A DNA stretch of 61,997 nucleotides, counting the filler, from Platydemus manokwari (taxonomy: Eukaryota), in NCBI GenBank assembly GCA_037951405.1. It is 4 parts of 4 records of this genome, joined end to end, with 100 filler letters (N's around TTAATTAATTAA, not from the genome) between each part and the next. Parts side by side here need not be neighbours in the genome. Positions count along the whole stretch, not along the records: positions 21,771 to 39,213 come from JBBMOY011066631.1; positions 39,314 to 48,906 come from JBBMOY011228210.1; positions 49,007 to 61,997 come from JBBMOY011886942.1; 1 more part is not named here. One strand, written 5' to 3'. The translations under genes were made by a program, and so were the position numbers. Within the stretch, counting starts at the first letter, position 1. The number at the start of each line of letters is the position of its first letter. Below, in pieces: positions 37,457-50,095 of this stretch. The notes below the pieces were generated by a model. That model searched no databases, was not told where the DNA came from, and saw only the letters and a program-made list of their open reading frames with translations.

Positions 37457-38680
37457 TGCTTCGAATTGATTTTCAATTGCGAAAACAAATTTTGTTGGCA
37501 CATAAATTGAATGATTTAAACAAGGAGAAAATATTCAAAATTAAATCAATACTTGAAATGGAGTTTATTGATTTAAAACGATTTTATTTTTAAATGTCAA
37601 GTACCTACTTATTTCAGTAAATTGGTTTATTTTTGCCTAAATCAGTGGAATTACTTGCACTTATTAACAGTTTCTCCAAAAACCCAAAATCTAATTCCCC
37701 ACCCATTTTGCTAAGTTGGTACTTTGGCCTGTATTTGTCTCCATTTTATGATAGTTTTTCAATAATTTAATAATTTATTTATTTAAATTTTCATTGGCTA
37801 AAATATTTAATTTTATTTGGATTAGTTCATCTTATATTGATTGATTCCGATTTCATTTTGTCATACTAACTAAACACCGGAATCCTCAAGTACTGGCAAG
37901 ACTAATGTTATACTAAGTTGTGATTTTTATGCTTTTCTTACTGACTACTATATTTATCAGAATAGCAAGTTAAAATTAACAACCAATCATAGTGGAGAAC
38001 AACTAGACAATAAAGATTTTTTTAAACTGTTACTTTATGACTACACATCAATATTTAAAGTACTAAAATGTGTATTTTGCGGATTTTATTGTACAGGAAG
38101 GTTTCGGTTTATTTCTGTTATATAATTTGAACAACTGCATACCTGTGCATTAGAAGGAATAATTTTATGTTAAGTGACACTGAATATTCTATTAAAAAAT
38201 TAAAAAAATTAACTTTACTAAATATAAGGACATTTTATTAAATCGAGATTGCCAATGCAATTGTTAACTAAGTTTTATTTAGTTTATTTATTTAGTTAAA
38301 TATTAATTGTAAAATGAGATAAGAAGTTCAACACACAAAATATATTTTATCACAATATTCAAACAAAATATGTTTGTTTATCCTTTACAGTATTTATATA
38401 TAAAATATATATCTTCTTTACGGTTTTAATTGCTTAATCTTTAATGTCAAATCAATTGTTTTGTTATTTGGCATTAATTCTGTATTGATTTTTATGCTTA
38501 TCTCATGATATCCATTTATTAAATTATTATTTAATTCAGGACTTATAACAGTTATTGTTTGATAGATAAATACATTTCAGCAGTCATATCTGTCACATTT
38601 CGCAAGTTAAACTTGCATTAAAGTTTTTGAAACACTAAACCACAAATTATTTTTTCCACAATTAGCTCGTTATCTGCAGA

Positions 38681-39213
38681 TCATGTTTATATGCAGGCTA
38701 CTTAGAAAATTTTGGATCTTTAGCGTTATGAGGTTCTTTGTCAATCTTTTTTTATACAAATAGTGGTTGAAATTTCGCTAGTCATTCTTCTTAGTGATTC
38801 AATACTCTAACTCATGTCTTCTTATTGCGTGAGATCCTCAAGCTATGACAAGTGCACTCTCTTGGTTATCTCTGTAATAAAACTGATCTCATTGTGCCGA
38901 AACTTACATCGGTATAGGAGATGAATTATTTATTTTAATCACAAGATCGGTTATTCTTTCAGAGCATTTTTATGTCCTCGAATGTCATCCTACATGCTTC
39001 ATTCATTATAATTATTTCATTATTTTTACCTCACAATAATTCTAGTGTCTTTGATTTCTTCGAATAATATCCGCAAATTCTATGTTGTTATAATTTTGTT
39101 TTATTCAATTTTCATCAAATTTATATTCATTGGTTGTTTTTTTAATATATCGGTTAAAGTTTTTGTTATTTTTCTGATTTTTTTTAATGTTTTATAGCAG
39201 AAAAAATATTTGA
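38681..39213 (+). repeat. Direct duplicate (about 533 bp) of 33883-34416
   Basis: Near-identical sequence; scattered mismatches in the 5' half, apparently identical 3' half running to the scaffold end. Confidence 0.92.
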
Positions 39214-39313
39214 NNNNNNNNNNNNNNNNNNNNNNNNNNNNNNNNNNNNNNNNNNNNTTAATTAATTAANNNNNNNNNNNNNNNNNNNNNNNNNNNNNNN
39301 NNNNNNNNNNNNN
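39214..39313. other. Artificial scaffold-joining linker
   Basis: N44-TTAATTAATTAA-N44. Confidence 0.97.
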
Positions 39314-42039
39314 AGCCAATTTTAGTCTATCGCGTGAAATGTTATTCAAATGAAAAGTCGATCTTACGTACACAAAAGTTGGCCACCTCTGCCATAGCTC
39401 ATTATTGTTGTTATTGTTTTAGTAAAATTGAATTTAGATTAGAGTACTCACACACAAATTTTAATAAAGCTTCATCTGTCTAATCTACATTGTATTGAAA
39501 TTTGCATATAAATCTCCCATTATCAGACAAGATTTATCACCTAATAAATGTCTTATCTAAATATCACCAAATCAGGTAATTAATTCACCAAACTGTTACA
39601 AAAATCACTACTGCTTTAGATCTGCGTTTCTTTAAAGAGCTTTTTTGTTTTCTTTCGATTTTCAGTTTCTTATTTTTAGATACTCATATTTCATTAAATG
39701 GCATATTTCACTACTGATAGATAAATGTTCAATTTTTGATGTAATGTTCACATGGAATTTTTGGTTAAATTTTTGCTTTTTCTTCATTTGGCCACTAGGC
39801 GGCATGTAAGTGTCATGTAATGACAGTTGCGATTAGTTTGGTAATGTAAACATCTCATCACGATTTCGAAATCTAATAATGTTATACATATTTATTTATG
39901 CTTCTTAGGCTTTATAACTGTGTTATGAAAACAAGTTCAGGATGGTTAAATTATGTAAAAATATTATTACAATGATACTGAGATTATATAAAGGTATAAT
40001 ATTTAGAATTCTTTCAAAAATGATGAGAAAAAATATCAGAATTCAAATAAATATTAAATTAAAGTAAAATAAAAATTATAAAAGTATTTTAAATAGAAAT
40101 ATAAAGAAAAATTACGAAGAAAAAATTATTAAGTTAATAATAATAATACTAGTAGTATTAATAATCGTATAATATAATGAAGGTTTTTTAATACAAAATT
40201 ATTGATATTTGAGAGAATTACAGAAAATCATCAAATTATACGGATAATTATTAAATAATAATAATAATAATAATAATAAGGATAATATTAATCGTAATAA
40301 AAACAATGTTTTTAAATTAAAGAGGGATTGCCTGTGTATATAAAGAAAAAAGATAGTGTTATCGATATCTTGATATAGAATCTTGTTTAATATCAACGGA
40401 TATCCTTGACTTAAAAAAGCGATGTACTAATGCTGAATAAGATGATCGTGGATTCGATTTTTCTAATAATTGAATTATTGGATGGAGAATTCGAGATTCT
40501 ATCCGACACCGAAGAGTAGGAACGACTACCTATGCGAATTATTCTAACCCTTATAATAACAAATATAACAGCAAATATAATAAACATGAAAATAATATTT
40601 ATTATGAATTATTGGTGTAAGAATAAAATAATAAAAATAAAGTATAATCAATATAAAACTAAAAAGTATCTCAAAATATTAAAGATATGATAGTAATATT
40701 GTTTTGAAATAGAACAATTTAATAATTATTATTATTATTATATTATAATAATATTTTCCCTCGACAATGTGCACAATATGTGAATATTTTAACTTTATTT
40801 TCATATAAAATTTGTAAAATTATTTGAAAATAACATCAATGTTTTTATTATAATTAAATGTTTTATAAATTAAAACAAATCATTTCATAAACATCCATTA
40901 GTGAAAAACGATAGTCGTATTTGTGTAATAAGATATTTACTGGTTCATTAGCGGATAAATGTCAGTCTTAGTTATTTGATAATCCGATATTATATTTATA
41001 TAATGACAATGGATTGAGAATGGAATATTTCATAGCCTGATTTTTAATATATTAAATTGAATATTAGCGAATTGTAAAATAATTGTATCTTTAAAGTGCA
41101 TTTTTAATAATCAATTCGTACTCGAATTCAATTTTCGATGATCATCTGTTCTAAAACGAAAAGGTGTCTCGATCAATTCGATTTTTGGGAAATACATTTT
41201 TCAAGTTTATCAATAACAAATAGTTGTGATTCTGTTTTTGTTAAATATAAATATTGAGAATGGAATAAATTGATATTTTACAGACATTCTCTATTTCAAT
41301 AAAATAATAACAGTTGTGAATATTTTAAAGTTTTGATGATTAATTATTTCAATAATTATTAGAAATGATGAAAATGATTAAAAATAACCTTTAGCTAATT
41401 TGTTTGATTTTGTCATAAAACTATACTTTATCGTGTCGTCTTGTTTAATTCTTTTTCAATGCGTATGTTATGAGATACAAGCTTTTAAAATTAATAATAA
41501 TAAATATTATTATTATTATTATTATTATTATTTTAATTATTATAATATTGATAATTGTAAGTTGGTAAAACTTCTTCGTTTTTAATATTTAAATCAAAAG
41601 ACATATTTTCAACCTAATTTGTAGTATTTTTAATTAAACCTCATAATTATAATGATGGAATTATAATAATAGTAATAATTATTAATACAGTAAATTCAAA
41701 TATACTGATAACGCATCCATTATTGTTAAATGCTATCTGGTTACGTGATTAACATTTTCTTAAAAATTAAGCGCATTTTGTATAACTTAGAATATCTATG
41801 AAATCATTTTTATGAATATGATTTCATTGATCATTACTTCAACAATCAATATTTGGACGACAATTGGAATCATTTCTACACCATTGCTGAATATGACAGG
41901 CTATGTAATGGATTCATAAATGCAAATAACCAAAATTTTGTTATTAATCGTATAATTAATGATGATTGGATAAATGAGAGACAATAAAGAAAAAAATATA
42001 ATTTGTTGATCCATAGATGATGATAATCTTACTAAATAC

Positions 42040-42194
42040 CTTTTGTATTTGATTAACCGCATCCAAAGAGAGATTATCATGGATTTGACAAGAAATCAAT
42101 AAATCAATTGATCCAATATCACTACTGTTGTTAGCAATAAGACTTTGAATACGGAATGATATATTTAACACAATTACGATGTTATATACATCAT
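42040..42194 (-). CDS. Possible isolated internal exon, product unknown
   Basis: AG/GT-bounded open frame DVYNIVIVLNISFRIQSLIANNSSDIGSIDLLISCQIHDNLSLDAVNQIQK|gtattt; no homology recognised. Confidence 0.22.
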
Positions 42195-44159
42195 CTTATT
42201 TCTGAAGGAGGTTAATTGGATAGTAGCAACTGATAATTGCGTAATCACTAATCAATATGCAATCAAACAAACATCATACATTTCACATTTTCATTTATAA
42301 ATTTCCCGTACAACTATAATAAAAATAAAATGTCATCTTTAAAAATTATGGAATAATATCATGAAAATTATATAATCAAATAAGCCATTCTATTTAATTT
42401 TAATGATACACGAAACTTAATGTCCTTCTTAATTAAATTCATTTACAACTGAGATTTTAACCAAGTTATCAATTTAATTATTAATACAAACTAGTTCTTC
42501 AATGTTGAATAATTAAAAGTCATAAATGACCTTTGTTACGATCATTTGAAAATCTTTTATTAATCTATGTATGAGATATTGTACATATTGATCCATCTGA
42601 GACCTAGTGAATTATATCTCATTAACCTCATTCAGGTAATGATCATTAAAGCCATCAGTGGTGCTCGTTTGTATCTCATGTAATTTCATTTATAAATTTC
42701 TCATTCTTCCCATTATCAAATGTTTATTTTCCCCTAGAACCAATGTCAACCAATCTTTTAATTATTATTTACTTGTTATGAGAGTTTTAAGGCAGATCTT
42801 TGAAACCTTTTTCAAACACTGTGATTAGCTAGATAAACTAATTGTCCAATTTTTGATATTGATGATAATAAATTATTTTATATTTATACTCATTCACTTT
42901 TATGCCCAAAATGTAGAGAAACATTAATTTTTATGTACTTTTAAATATATCATAAATAATGGTTTTAAATAAATAAAATTATAACCTGCAATGATATAGC
43001 CATATAATTGTCGTTCGTTTTTCTTAACTCACTACAACGTCAAATGGATATGTAAAAGTTTGATAGCTTAGCTCAAAGTGGGACATTGAAAATTCATTGA
43101 GAACTTTGGATTTAAATGACCTGAAATTGAAAATATCACCCCCGATTGGAAGTTTTTACTCTGCAATTTGTAAAGATATAAAATGCTCTGATAGAAGAAT
43201 TTACAAGATATTAGCTTTATAAAATCGGTACTGAGCGTGATCTTTTCAAACCGAATCAATTGGTTTTACATTTCTCTAAACCAATCCGGAAATTATTTTA
43301 TCACGAAAGAAGATTTTACTATCAATTACAAAAGATTAGAGAATGATTTAATCGAAATAATTAAGGTGAAAAAATAAAATCAAATGCCAAAAATAATACT
43401 GAACTCAATAGATCGAGACAACATTTTTTTTTCAATTGAAACATTGATGATATTTGAATTTGGATTTTTTTTATCAAATATATAAACGAAAAGAGACAAT
43501 AATTCATCTAAGGGAAATGTATATATATCGAATTATATAATTCGTTAGATATTTTTTTCATTTCTGTCTTTCAACAGTTTTCCATTGAAGTACGAAAAGA
43601 TTTCAGTCTCATTTATGTAATTTATTGAGAAAGCTATCTATTTTTATTTTTTTTTATTTGAAAATCAAATCTCTCCAAGTAATATTTTTAATTATTACAG
43701 TTTTGTAACAGGAAACATAATGTTGAGATTGATTTTATATTAATATCGTTAAATGGATTTGAAGACATTTCTTTTTTTTATTAATTTATTTGCTGGCTTT
43801 GATTTGATAAACTGTTTATGGAATTGCTGTATGTGCAATGCGTTTCAGATTGTAATTGCAGAATAATTTGTTGAAATTATCCATGAAATTCGAGAATTGA
43901 CACACTGATATGACACCAAATCCCATTCCAACAGGTTCTCACCGTCAAATTGGAATTGATAGAAATGTAGATTGAAATAATTGTTGGTTGAAATCTGTCA
44001 ATGAGCGAATTATTAAATGATGTAATTGAGATCTTTTTCGATCATTCTTAACCATATCTAGGATTGGAACGGAAGTCTTGTCCGATAGAAAATAATATTT
44101 ATTCAACCAATAAAATCGAGAAATATGAACAAAACCTCATTCGTCTTAAAATGGAAAAT

Positions 44160-44490
44160 GTTGAAAATAGTCACCTTTAAAGTCCACACACTTTTTCCAC
44201 GTTCTGGAAGTTGTTTTATTCCGTTTTCATAAAATTCCGCAGGCTTTGAAACTAACCACTTATCCAAATTATTGTTAACCTCTTCAGCGGAGTGATACGT
44301 TTTCCTACACAGTGTGGTTTATATTGGAGAAAACAGGTAATGGTCTGAAGGGTAAGGTCTGAGGAGTATGGTGGATGCGGTATTACCATATAACCGATCT
44401 CAGCAAGCTTATTTTGAGTTATCGTAAAGGAAATGGAACTTTTTAAAACTGTTTCCATACAGCCGGTGCCTCTTTTCTCGCTCATTCACT
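44160..44490 (-). mobile_element. Mariner transposase C-terminal relic
   Basis: LAEIGYMVIPHPPYSSDL (YSPDL motif) and, after frameshifts, DKWLVSKPAEFYENGIKQLPER..KCVDFKGDYF. Confidence 0.88.
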
Positions 44491-45935
44491 CCATCTTTCC
44501 ACAATAAACGTCAGTTTTTCAAGTCGCTTCGCTTAAACTCCATCATATGCAACAAAATATTATTTTTTTAAATGATAGCTTTATGAAGCAATTATTTAAT
44601 TATAAGATAGAAATTTAACATTTAAAAAAGAATTTAATAATGCATTCAAACAAAACATTTCTTCATAAAACATTGAACGTTTTTAGATTTACAGACGATT
44701 GGTGTTTCGTTTATTTTTCCAATTTATATATTGTCTTTATTAATTAAATAAATATTGTTTTCTATCAGACAAGAGTTTCATTCCAATCCTATAATATGAA
44801 TCGATTACAAATGTTCTTTATCTGATTGAAGATGGCTAGTTGCTTCGATAGTATATTTTATTCTCATCTTTGTGGATATTTGAATAGAAATATTAATCTT
44901 AATCAAGGTTTTGATTTTGTGCAAGTTAGAAATTGATATACTAATCCGATTATTCCACATTTGTAAGCTTTCTATGGGTTTGAATAATTCTAATATCGTG
45001 TTTTAGTCATCGATTGTGTAACCTAGCGTAGATTATTGTCACGATCCTTATGAAAAGTTGGTATCACTGTGGTTATAATTATTATTTTAATTTTCTGTGG
45101 ATACTCGAATTTATTGATTTTCTTTTTCTTTTTATAAAAATAGAAATCGAGACAAATTAAATATAAAATGACAATCTAATGACAATTAATAAGTAATGAT
45201 AGGGTTTAAAATGTTTGTCTATTCCCATTCGTAACTAATAGTTCTGAACAATTATTATTGAAATATTAAGAAGATTAATGAGGTAAACAAGAATATAATT
45301 TAAGTGACAGTTAATATTTACCTTGTTCTATTATGGCACCGCGAATGTTTAATCGAAAATATTTCAATAATTTCGATAGATTAAATATGATAACGAATAA
45401 TTAGCAATTTTTCTCTAAAAATTTCATGAATTCCTTCATTATTCTTTTTTATTGGAATAAATTATATTGGGGAATAAATATTTTATATATTTATTATTAT
45501 TATTACTCGGTAGCAAATCGAAATTTTATATTGGAATATACGAATATTGAACGAATATTATTATCATATTCAACATTATCTTATTCATCACACATTATTA
45601 TTATTGTTCAGTCGAATATAAATGAAACTTTGAAAATACATTTGTTAAAAAATTCTGTTAAATTGTGTTGTAAAATAGAATTGGTATGTATTATAGACTT
45701 TCAACCGTTTTATTCTGCCATATCCTTATATTATGGCATTATTCTTTCTCTCTCTCTCTATATATATACACATTGAAGATATATTTGTTCGAATTCGGAG
45801 TCCAATTAATAATGAGGCAATTTCTTCTCATTTATTTCTATACCAAAATATTAAGCAATCGTTAAATCCGATTCTACAAATGATCTGATTAACATGTGAT
45901 GTAGGATAACTCTTATAAATAGTATTGTATATATA

Positions 45936-46279
45936 CAGGATGTGACAAAAGTAACGCAAAATCTTTGAATGATTATTTTATAGCTCCAATCATACTTTTA
46001 AAGATCGTTCAGAATCTATAATTTTGCTTTATCAATTCGTCGCTCATGTTAATCACAAATTGGTTTCAAAAGCAAACGTCTGCCGTGTATTTCATCGATA
46101 ATGAACAACAGACTATTACCCGGAATGTTTGAACAGTGACGGTCATCATTTCAAAGATTGAATCACTATTCGAACATGAGCTAAAGTGATGTTTTGTTGT
46201 GTTTGATTAAAAACTTAATGTTTTGCATGTGTATAATTTATTTTAATTTCAGATTTTGTGTTACTTTTGTCACACCATA
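45936..46279 (+). mobile_element. Internally deleted Tc1/mariner-superfamily element (about 344 bp)
   Basis: TIRs CAGGATGTGACAAAAGTAACGCAAAATCT and AGATTTTGTGTTACTTTTGTCACACCATA; left TA; internal ECLNSDGHHFKD* resembles a transposase C-terminus. Confidence 0.75.
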
Positions 46280-48906
46280 TTTATATTGTTCAACTACTGT
46301 TGATAAATTAGTAAAATATAATACAATGTATGATGTTGACAATTTTTAGTTTGCATGACTTTTATTGATGATCTAATGATTCAATTCGAGAAAACAAAGG
46401 GCAACCATTCGGTTAGCTTTCGATCGGCGAAATTAATATCTATGCTCCCATTTGATTCATATAAAGATATGTATTTTATATAAAGAGATGTTAAGCGTAA
46501 TGGTTTATTTTCCCATCAACATCACTTCGTGAGCTGAATTTTGGAAATATGGATTTATGACATTTTTACAGTGACAGGCATTTTTTTAATTAATTATTGA
46601 TGCCATTTCCATAAAGGTAATTTATAGTATAATAAATTCCATTTTGATCTAAATAAATTGTGATCTTGGTTAATTAATTTTACGATCACCTCTCAATCGG
46701 CTTAATATCTGTCAAAGATAACATTGTTTTTCTAATTCAAATTTATAAAGTAAAACCGGAACCATAGATATTCGCCACCCCTCTCGAACAACGTTATGAT
46801 GACTGATACAACAGCATATGTTGTTTCAGAATATGACAAATCATCAACCTCTCCGCAAGATGAGAATCACCATGTGTTGCTAGAAGTGTTGTATGTTTAT
46901 TCTAAAATAAAAGACCTACATGCATACAACTTCTTGATTTTGTAAACATCATTCTCCGAGAAAAACATTACACAATGATTTACAAATATATACAAATATA
47001 CACGCTATTTATTATCAAGAGATTCGAATCGAACACACCGATATGTGTACATATAATGAAATCAATAAACATTCTCCAATATGTTCCATGATAATCACGT
47101 CTATCCCATGAGATTGGATTCGGTAAATATTGATGAAATAATTGTTTTATTATTATTGTTGTTGTTGTAGCTTTCAATGATCCATCTGCAATATATCGGA
47201 TCATTGAAATAAAATGTATAACAATACAGATTAATAAATGGTTAATTAAATAATTCGATTATATTTATTATCGAATAATGTGCAAATGTGTTCTTTATAT
47301 CAAATATGAATGATTTCGGATTAATTAAATTGACCCTAATTAAAATTCCTTTCATCAATCTATTTCTGTGAATCGAAAATCCTACGAAATGCCACAAGAA
47401 CATCGTCATGGCATATTTATCGTCAGTTCATTTATATTTTTAACGATTCTAAAAATAAATCCATAAATTTGTGCTTTACCAATAATATTGTTCAGTGAAA
47501 TATTTTATTTCCAGAAAGAACAACGTAAATTGATTGTTTATTTTATTATCTACCACGTATTTGTTGTTTTCTTTTTTTGGGGGAAATAAAAATAATTAGT
47601 CATTTTGAAATTTACTTATTAATTGTATATTTATGTATAATGGGTTTCTGAAGATCTCTACATGGCATGGGAAATTTATTTGCAATTGTTAATGGTTTTG
47701 GAGTTGTATTTTGAAATTGGAATAGAATAGCAGAGCAGTTAAAATTTCTGTTTTGAATGACAGTATAATGACAGAAATGCTTTTATATTGATGTCTAAAA
47801 TTAATCGATAAATTTATAAAAAATTCTGTTTTGGAGTACATTATTGAAATAAATTCTTATATATTGATGTTTGAAATTAATCGATAAATTTATTAGAAAA
47901 AATCCAATAGTTAAAATTAAACATTTATTATTGACTATCATCAGATGAATCCACATATGTTCCATGAGATGTTTGTTTTATTAATAGAGTGGTTAAATAA
48001 TCTCTCATGATATTGTTAATGTAAGAAATAATAAAAGATTATGGTTTGATATTTCTTCTCATATCATTTAAATTGGATTTTGAGAAGTTACGATGAATTA
48101 GCGTCGGACCATTATAGATGGCCGTATTTTGTAGACGATGTTTGAGGAATTATGTGTGGTTAAGCTACAAATTAATCTGTTATGATTATTTTATTGAAAA
48201 TATTATTGCAATGAAAATCATTATGTCAATTCCAAAATTTGTGGGACTGGAAGAAATAATATTCCCTTAAAAATCGATTGGTTGATCAGTCTTATTATGA
48301 ATTTGTGTTGTCCACTAATAATATTATATCCACTTTATTGTCAATTTTATTCATTATCTGTTCCAATTTTTAAACTAAAATTCATTTTTGCAAATGAATG
48401 GACATTTATTTAATCGCAATTCCTATTAATCAAATAATTTATTTAATATACATTTCAGTGGATAAAAATAATAATGTATAATTTGTCATTTTCGTATGTT
48501 TCTTTTGTAATTATCTTTGTGGAGAATGTTAACCGCTATTATTTTAAAAACCATACATTAAAAACGAACTGAAAAGTCACAACACCAAATTATATTTAAA
48601 TGCAATTATTTCAACAAATTAATTTGGTTTTATACAAAAAGTTTTGGCTTAAGTTAAGAAAAAGGGTTCTTTGACCTACTTTCGCTATAATGGATTTTCG
48701 CGCATGAGATAATTTTATAACTTAATTTTATATATAATTGCTATGTTTGATTTATTCGTATAATTCAGTTAATATCTCATTTTTTAAGATGTCTAATGGT
48801 GGCAAAACATAATTTTAAAACCAACTTCTCATTCTAATCACAACACTTCTATATGATTATTTGAGTTTATAAATTTAAATTTTTATAATTATAAATCGAG
48901 TTAGTT

Positions 48907-49006
48907 NNNNNNNNNNNNNNNNNNNNNNNNNNNNNNNNNNNNNNNNNNNNTTAATTAATTAANNNNNNNNNNNNNNNNNNNNNNNNNNNNNNNNNNNNNN
49001 NNNNNN
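48907..49006. other. Artificial scaffold-joining linker
   Basis: N44-TTAATTAATTAA-N44. Confidence 0.97.
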
Positions 49007-50095
49007 TGATGATGAATTATTTATTTTAGTTTTTTTTAAGTTAGTTAAATCAATATTATGATTATTTAGCATGTTGATAAAGTTAGAAAGATAGGTTGAA
49101 AGCATAGATGGTGATTAAGGCGATAATATAATTATTGAATTAAGCAAATTGTTGAGATTGAAAAAAAGGCAGAGGTAGTAGCCATGGGAAAATTGATGAT
49201 GACGAGAGTATTAAGTATAAGGCATTGGAAAATTAAATTGGAGAATTGTATGAAAAATTTTGAGAAATTTCGATAACAGTGTGGAATACGGTGACGGATT
49301 GCCGTAAACTTTTAAATTTATGGGGAAATAAAAATGAATTACATTCAGTTATGTCGTCATAGCTTTTAAAGAGTAAGGTCTGTGATATATTTCAAATGAA
49401 TAGAATTTTCATATGAATTAAATTTTATATGAATTAAAATTTTAATTCTAATTTAATTCTAATTTAATTCTTATTGAACATTTTGGAAATTATGAAGAAA
49501 ATATATCAATGTTTCGAAATTTGTATGAGTTAATAAATTCATTAGTATCGTACGTAGAACGATATTCACTTATAACTTCTACTTTCAGAAATATTTTTAC
49601 GTTGTATTAAAAAAGTGGAAAGAGGAAAGTTTAAATTTACCTCCCTTTGAGATCGGTTTGATAAAATTAGGAGTTCAAATGGAGAATTTTAAAGAGCAAA
49701 ATACAAAGGTAAAGAGAATTATAAGAAAGAACTCAGAAAAATTGAGAAACAAAGCAGCTATTGTGTTATCATGTCGTGATCAAAATTTAAATGATAATTA
49801 ATATTTGTTGAATTATGAATGTATGAGCGAAGAATTATATATGAAAATATAGAACACAACAAAAGTCAATAAAGTCGTAATGATGGAAGAATATTCCGTC
49901 GAGATATGACAATAGGAAGATGTATTTGATAAATTGACAAATTCAAACCCACCTGTTTTACAACTCAAAACAAAAAAATTGTCAAACCAGAGAATAAGTG
50001 TTAGATTATAATGTAAAATCACAGGAATGTTTGACGTTAATAAAGAAACCAATTTCATTGAAGTCAAGAGAGAAAGAAGCTATTAATAGTTTACC

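Noticed and set aside
40400-40550. tRNA or SINE-like segment (GTGGATTCGATT)
   Set aside because: Imperfect B box, no A box, no cloverleaf.
46882-46934. Imperfect inverted repeat as a pre-miRNA
   Set aside because: Only 5+7 bp of stem with a large loop; expected by chance in AT-rich DNA.
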